DNA of 64,000 nt from Basidiobolus meristosporus CBS 931.73 (Eukaryota > Fungi > Basidiobolomycota): NCBI GenBank assembly GCA_002104905.1, contig MCFE01000309.1, positions 1 to 64,000 on the forward strand. Direction: 5' to 3'. The position numbers and the translations under genes are program-made. Numbering within the stretch: position 1 is the first letter of the stretch; every line of letters starts with the position of its first letter. Of the stretch, positions 59,501 through 64,000 are shown in pieces. The notes beneath the pieces were generated by a model. It did not search any database and was not told where the DNA came from. It saw only the letters and a program-made list of their open reading frames with translations.

Positions 59501-61204
59501 CACCAATTGGTTCATTTTCTGTTCCCCTATGTGTCCTAGCCTCCTATGCCACGTCTCCCAGTTGGTTTCATCAGTTTCAGCAATGTTGACATACTCAGGT
59601 ACAATGATCTTGCATTGTAACTTGTATATATTGTGATCTCTGATTCCCGAAGCTAATTTTTGTCCATTTTCACTCAATATTGAGCAGCTCAGCTTAGTAA
59701 AAACGAATTTCAGTCCCTGAGTAGTTGCTTTACTGACTGAGAGTAGGTTCTTAGCTATTCCAGGTACATAGAGTACGTCAGTCAGTTTTGCTGTTGTTGC
59801 CCCTGAGTTATCACTCATATTTAGTTGTATAGACCCACTGGCGGTAGCTTCCAATGCAGAGTTATCTCCCAGATAAACCTTTCTTACGGGAATAGTCTTT
59901 AAGTTGCTGAACCAATCCTTTATGCCACAAATATGCTGTGATGCTCCAGAGTCAATATACCATTCATTACTTTGGTTACTTGCACTCTCTTGTACAGTGA
60001 CAAATAGCTGTTCATCAGTAGTTATATGGTTTGCCTGCTCCAGTTTCTGTTTTTCGTCTGCTTGTTTCTTCTTGCATTCTCTTGCCCAGTGTCCTGGCTT
60101 CTTACAGTAGTTACAGCAGCCAGGTTTTCTTTGGTTTTGTTGCTTTCCCTTCTTTTCTGTATGCCTTTCTGAGCTGAATAAAGCATTATCTTCAATTTTC
60201 TCTGCTTGATCATTACGTCTGAGTTCTTCATGGAGAAGTCTTCCTTTGACATAGTCTAAAGTCAAGTTGTCTTCTCTGCTTTCAAAAGAAAGTATGAGTG
60301 GCTCAAACTTGTCTGGTAGGCTGCAAAGCAGACAGAGTATCTTTTCTTCATCATCTACACCAGCATTAATACTGTAAAGTTCTTCTGCAAGTGTCTCCAT
60401 TCTGGTAATGAGTTGTAGCATGTCATCATCTGGCTTTTTTCTCATGTTGAAAAACTTTTGTTTCAAATAAAGCTTGCTTGATACTGACTTTGCTCTAAAG
60501 ATCTTCTCTAAGGATTCCCATGCTGCTTTGGCAGTATTTGAGGCATGGATTTGTCCAATGAAGGAGTCTTGCACATTGATGCATATTGCATTGAAGGCCT
60601 TTCTCTCCTTCTCTTGAAACTTCTCCACATCTTCTGCTGTTCCTTTGGGCTCAACTTCCTTTCCTGTTACTATGTTCCAAAGCTTTCTTTCCTCAAGGTG
60701 GATCTGCATCTTGATTCTCCAAAGTCTGTAGTTCTTCCCATCAAACCTCTCCTTTACAGGGAAGATGTTGGTATTGCTTTGTTTGCTGGTAGAAGTCATC
60801 TTTAGAATAGATTAAGGCAATTGGGGCTCATAACCTGTTGCAATTTAAGAAGTGATTTGGATATAAGGAACTTATCAAGAAATAGTGATAATAGTTGAAC
60901 TGTTGTTTATTCATAAAGAAGCTCAGTATTTATACCTTTGTAGAAGTAATACAGCTGCAACACTAAGTAGGGAGGGTTTCTCAATATTCAGGAGCATTCT
61001 GTAACAGTTTCAGGGTTAGTACATAATGTTTGGTAGTAGTGCTAATTTGATCCTGACTATAGGGGAATAATCATAAGATCATATATCTGGAGAAAGTGGC
61101 AAAGTTAAGGCAGTAAATGAGTCCTACAGTGACTAAGACTAGCCTAGAATTGTTAAGTAAATTTTTAGCTGCTGAATGATACCAAATAGTCCAATATTTC
61201 AACA
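56519..61204 (-). mobile_element. Structurally complete Ty1/Copia element, 4686 bp, 369-bp LTRs (56519-56887, 60836-61204), TSD CAGGC
   Basis: TG...CA LTRs differing at 3 positions. PBS GGTTATGAGCCC ends at 60835. PPT AGTTGAGGGGAG at 56888-56899. CAGGC at 56514-56518 and 61205-61209. Confidence 0.98.
56882..60799 (-). CDS. Copia Gag-Pol polyprotein, 1305 aa, open frame but with substituted catalytic residues
   Basis: CCHC knuckle CNYCKKPGHWAREC, protease WYIDSGASQH, integrase HRRLGH/CKGC/HSDICGP/SDNGGEY/NGVAE, RT LYVDNL and RNase H YSDSDWG/TEAKY/KDNQS. Confidence 0.95.
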   Translation of the reverse strand: MTSTSKQSNTNIFPVKERFDGKNYRLWRIKMQIHLEERKLWNIVTGKEVEPKGTAEDVEKFQEKERKAFNAICINVQDSFIGQIHASNTAKAAWESLEKIFRAKSVSSKLYLKQKFFNMRKKPDDDMLQLITRMETLAEELYSINAGVDDEEKILCLLCSLPDKFEPLILSFESREDNLTLDYVKGRLLHEELRRNDQAEKIEDNALFSSERHTEKKGKQQNQRKPGCCNYCKKPGHWARECKKKQADEKQKLEQANHITTDEQLFVTVQESASNQSNEWYIDSGASQHICGIKDWFSNLKTIPVRKVYLGDNSALEATASGSIQLNMSDNSGATTAKLTDVLYVPGIAKNLLSVSKATTQGLKFVFTKLSCSILSENGQKLASGIRDHNIYKLQCKIIVPEYVNIAETDETNWETWHRRLGHIGEQKMNQLVKNQLVLGLKYSIPIKLNVCKGCSYGKQARQRFKSSEGINTIKILAIVHSDICGPMRTLSFGAKRYFMTFIDDKTRYTWVYFLKTKDEALETFRHFKNMAETQTGCKLKVLRSDNGGEYCSKEFAKYCLSTGILQQTTVPHTPQQNGVAECANRTIVEMGRSMLHDKGMDYKFWAESVATTVYIKNRCPITALHDSTPFEAYTGKKPDLQHLRIFGSDVFYHIPDKKRSKLEPNSRKGIFLGYCEDTKGYRVYDGEIQKLIKSRDVVFEENSDQKATEIIGQLPDDAINTNEEDTYQIQPEMEDTSTSSRSEQIIPVRRSTRIRNAPRSWWQTSNDHEEAYLALCAEPQNLEQAMQGPDATKWQQAMQEEYQSLIKAKTWELVDLPNGRKPIGCRWVYKIKITSNGAVDKYKARLVAKGYSQIQGLDFKETFAPVAKFNSIRTVLALAAVHSLDLHQMDVKTAFLNGDLQETIYMEQPEGFTDPKSPYKVCKLRKLLYGLKQAPRAWYNKIDTYLEEIGLSRSTADHSIYVKKLKKGVIILVLYVDNLIIATSDQEALKQTKSDLFSKFEMKDLGKLSYFLGIEVKFDIPTQKIVLNQSKYIRDILRRFKMENCKPAATPMDNNLKLSKSQPVIDENGSNMDQNFPYQSMVGSLMYLMVSTRPDIAVAVGIVSQFMQNYGSDQIAAVKRIFRYLQGTINMVLEYSGAANRRKFDGYSDSDWGRDLIDRRSTTGYVFLYAGAAITWNCKKQPTVALSTTEAKYMAACQATKEAIWLRKLFKDLGFNSGEPTCIYKDNQSCISLARNPTNHARNKHIDIQHHFVREAVENNLVELVYCPTDKMVADILTKPLARPQFEILREKLGLRNYLVEGEC

Positions 61205-64000
61205 CAGGCAAATGCTGTGTCAGTATCACTTGAGTCATTATCAAAATAACCTGTCTTAGAGGCTTTAGACCAAAGTGTTTTTTGATGCACAACCAATCAT
61301 TTTATCAATTTATAACTCTGGAACTGGGGTTGGAGGAATCACAATTCAAGTTTCAAAAGATCACCATCAATAACCTTGCCAATATCTTGGTAGAATTTCA
61401 AAGGAAATGAGCTCAACTTTACATCCATAAAGAGAGAACCACAGGGAGTACTCAATGTAATCAAAAAGCTAAAGCTATACATATTAGGAATATGCTTCAT
61501 GCTAGAGAGTGATGCCAAGCCATTATTAGGGATGTTTAATCAGTTAGAACTTTAGGCCAGTTTTATTCTGGCATGGTGGATTTCATATATCCAGATATTT
61601 GATTTTATGCTGCAACACATACCCAGAGCCAATCACAAGGGACCTGATGCTTCATCTGGAAAGTAACCAAATTCTCTGTACTCAAGTGGTGATGATGAGA
61701 TTGATGAGCTTCTTGAAAACACAAGTCTTTGATTCTCACTCAGACATATGATACAAAGCAATTATCAGCAAATCAAGGAATCTCTTACATTCCTCAGAGT
61801 TACTGCCAATACTCCCACAAGTCTATGCACAGATTTTAGAAAGAAGGCATAGAGGATTATACTACATGATGGCACACTTTTAAAAAAAGCAAATATGGAG
61901 TTCCTCAACAGTGTATACACAAAAAGCATGATCACAGGAAGATCTTTAAAGAGTTGCATTAATCTGAATCAGGAGGTCATAAGGGATTTACATCAACATA
62001 TGCAAAAATACCCTTATGGTTCTTTTGGCCAATGCTATGCACTGGTACAAGAGAATATCTGAAATCATGTATTCCACATCCAAGAAAAGACGGTGAAAAG
62101 ATGCATCAGCCACTTCACAGTATATACATCTTATGCCTGGCAAGTTGTACATGTAGATATTGTACACTTACTAAGGGCAACTGTAGGGTACAAGTATGTA
62201 GTAGCCTGTTATGATGACTATACTGGTTGGATAGAGGCTAGAATGCTGAAACCAGCCAAAGCAAAAGCAGTAGCAAGATTTCTTAAAGAAGATGCACATC
62301 CAAGTCATGATTTAGTTGGTACCCTTATTTCATATAATGGAGAGTGTAGATCTTATGCATTGTAAGCTGTAGTGATGAAGCATAGAACAATGCTTATCCA
62401 TTCAATGTCATATCACCCACAAGCAAATATACCAGTTGAACATGGATATTTTGCTTTTGCAAACACATTAGTAAAGCTTAGCTATGATGAACCCAACAAA
62501 TGGGCAAATAACTTTCATGCAGCAATATGTGCTGCTAGAGTTACTGTCAAAAGAAGTACAAGATATACTCCATTTTTCCTAATATATGGACATGAAGCTG
62601 TTTTGCCAATTGTCGTATTTTTGGAAAGTTGGTTTACCCTCCCATGGAAGCCAACCATAACAATATCAGTGCTATTGCTAGCAAGAATACAACAGATTAA
62701 GAAGCTCACACTCTGCAAAAGAATGCAACAGAAAACCTATAGGAATTCAGCATGGCTGACAAGGAGTACCTTGATGGTCAAAAATGCCTAAGAACTTTCC
62801 TTGAAGTAGGTGAACTGATACTGCTTCAGAATACCAAGAGCCAAGAAGCAAGGTATCCAAACTGGATATGCAATGGCAAGGTCCCTATACAATCATACTT
62901 GCAAACAAAAATGGATCTTACTAATTAGCAGAACTTGTTGGTTCACCACTTGCAACTAGCCCAACTGGGTAACAGATTGAAGAAGTCCCATGACAGAAGT
63001 AACAATATTGCATTCATTTCTTTATTAAGCTTTTGCTATTGCAACACGTAAATACAGGACAAAGAAATTACAATTTGAGAGCCAAAAGCTCAAGACCTTG
63101 ACCAGTAAACCAACAAGGAATATTATGTCATGCAGAACACTCAGTAGCCAGTATGTGTTTTAAATAATAGCTCATTTGAAGCTATTACTTAATGAGTTAT
63201 GATCAAAATAGTCCAATATTCAGAAATACCAGGCATCTGTTGCTAGGATTGCTATGGTGATATCAATTGTGTGTAGCTTTCAGACCAGCAAATCAAATTA
63301 CATGATATTTCACAAGTGCTCTGTTTAAGTCTGATCTGTCCCACAGCAAAATTTTAGGCTTGTATTGCGTATATTGTTTGCGCATATGCCCAAAACCTTT
63401 GATGCTTCAGAATTTTCAAGTACACAACTTACTTGGCAGACAAGGTCCCATTTAAGAAACCGGTTTACTTGAAAGACACCTCTTCAGCCTCCCATTTGGT
63501 TTAAAAACCCCTTTGGAGACCCCTTGAGGAAATCCCTCTACTCTAAAAAAGCCCCTTTAAGCACCCATTTAGTGTAAAACCCACTTGAGAGACCACTATA
63601 AGAAACCCAATTACTCTAAAGACACCCTTCAGACACCCCTTTAGTCTAGTGAACCCTCTAAAGACCCCTGCAGGAAGTCCCTCTACTTTAAAAAAGCCCC
63701 TTTAAGCTACTCTCTAGTGTACAGTCCACTCAAGACACTGCTGCAAGAAGCCCCTTTACTCTGGAGACACCCCTTTGTCATCCCTCTAGGTCTATGGACC
63801 CCTTTAGAGACTTCCATACCGCACCCCTTTAGGTTAGAGGGGAGTTCAGGGTTTCTGTATGAGGAAATATTTTCTTAGAACAGTGAGTGACTTCAAAATA
63901 AGAAAAAGTCACTACAAAAATAAATGAACCCAATAGTCAACAGAAGGCCTTAACACTGCTGTAGAAGTGAGACACACTGCCTAGAGTATATCTTGAGCCC

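Larger units (their letters stand above)
52884..64000 (+). mobile_element. Decayed Ty3/Gypsy family A with 5' LTR ~52884-54075 and 3' LTR from ~63000 running off the window; interrupted by the Copia at 56519-61204
   Basis: RT LIRMTNIPQGWTTSV and QFVDDI, integrase VVHVDIVH, YTGWIEAR and SYHPQAN. The two long terminal repeats align. Confidence 0.8.

Overview
Eukaryotic, almost certainly fungal, genomic DNA with short GT-AG introns and CTAAC-type branch points. An early-diverging lineage is plausible but cannot be proven from this window. There are two sharply separated compartments. (1) 1 to about 24.6 kb is gene-rich with normal CpG content. It holds a NASP/SHNi-TPR histone-chaperone-like gene (partial), an R3H-assoc/R3HDM4-like gene, a complete three-domain ovothiol synthase OvoA, a two-finger C2H2 factor, a class II DAHP synthase with a 12-nt microexon, RPL18, a Psr1/SCP-type CTD phosphatase and an F-box/LRR gene. 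(2) About 24.6 kb to 64 kb is an almost CpG-free, deeply nested transposon block. It holds decayed Copia and two Gypsy families, solo LTRs, a CACTA element and one structurally complete Copia whose catalytic residues have been hit by CpG-type transitions. It also holds a PIF/Harbinger-related DNA transposon (3-bp AWT target duplications) together with its 734-bp perfect-foldback non-autonomous derivatives. The most notable items are the fungal OvoA, the foldback elements whose two arms co-evolve within each copy, and the visible CpG-directed inactivation of transposons. All counts and alignments were made by eye.
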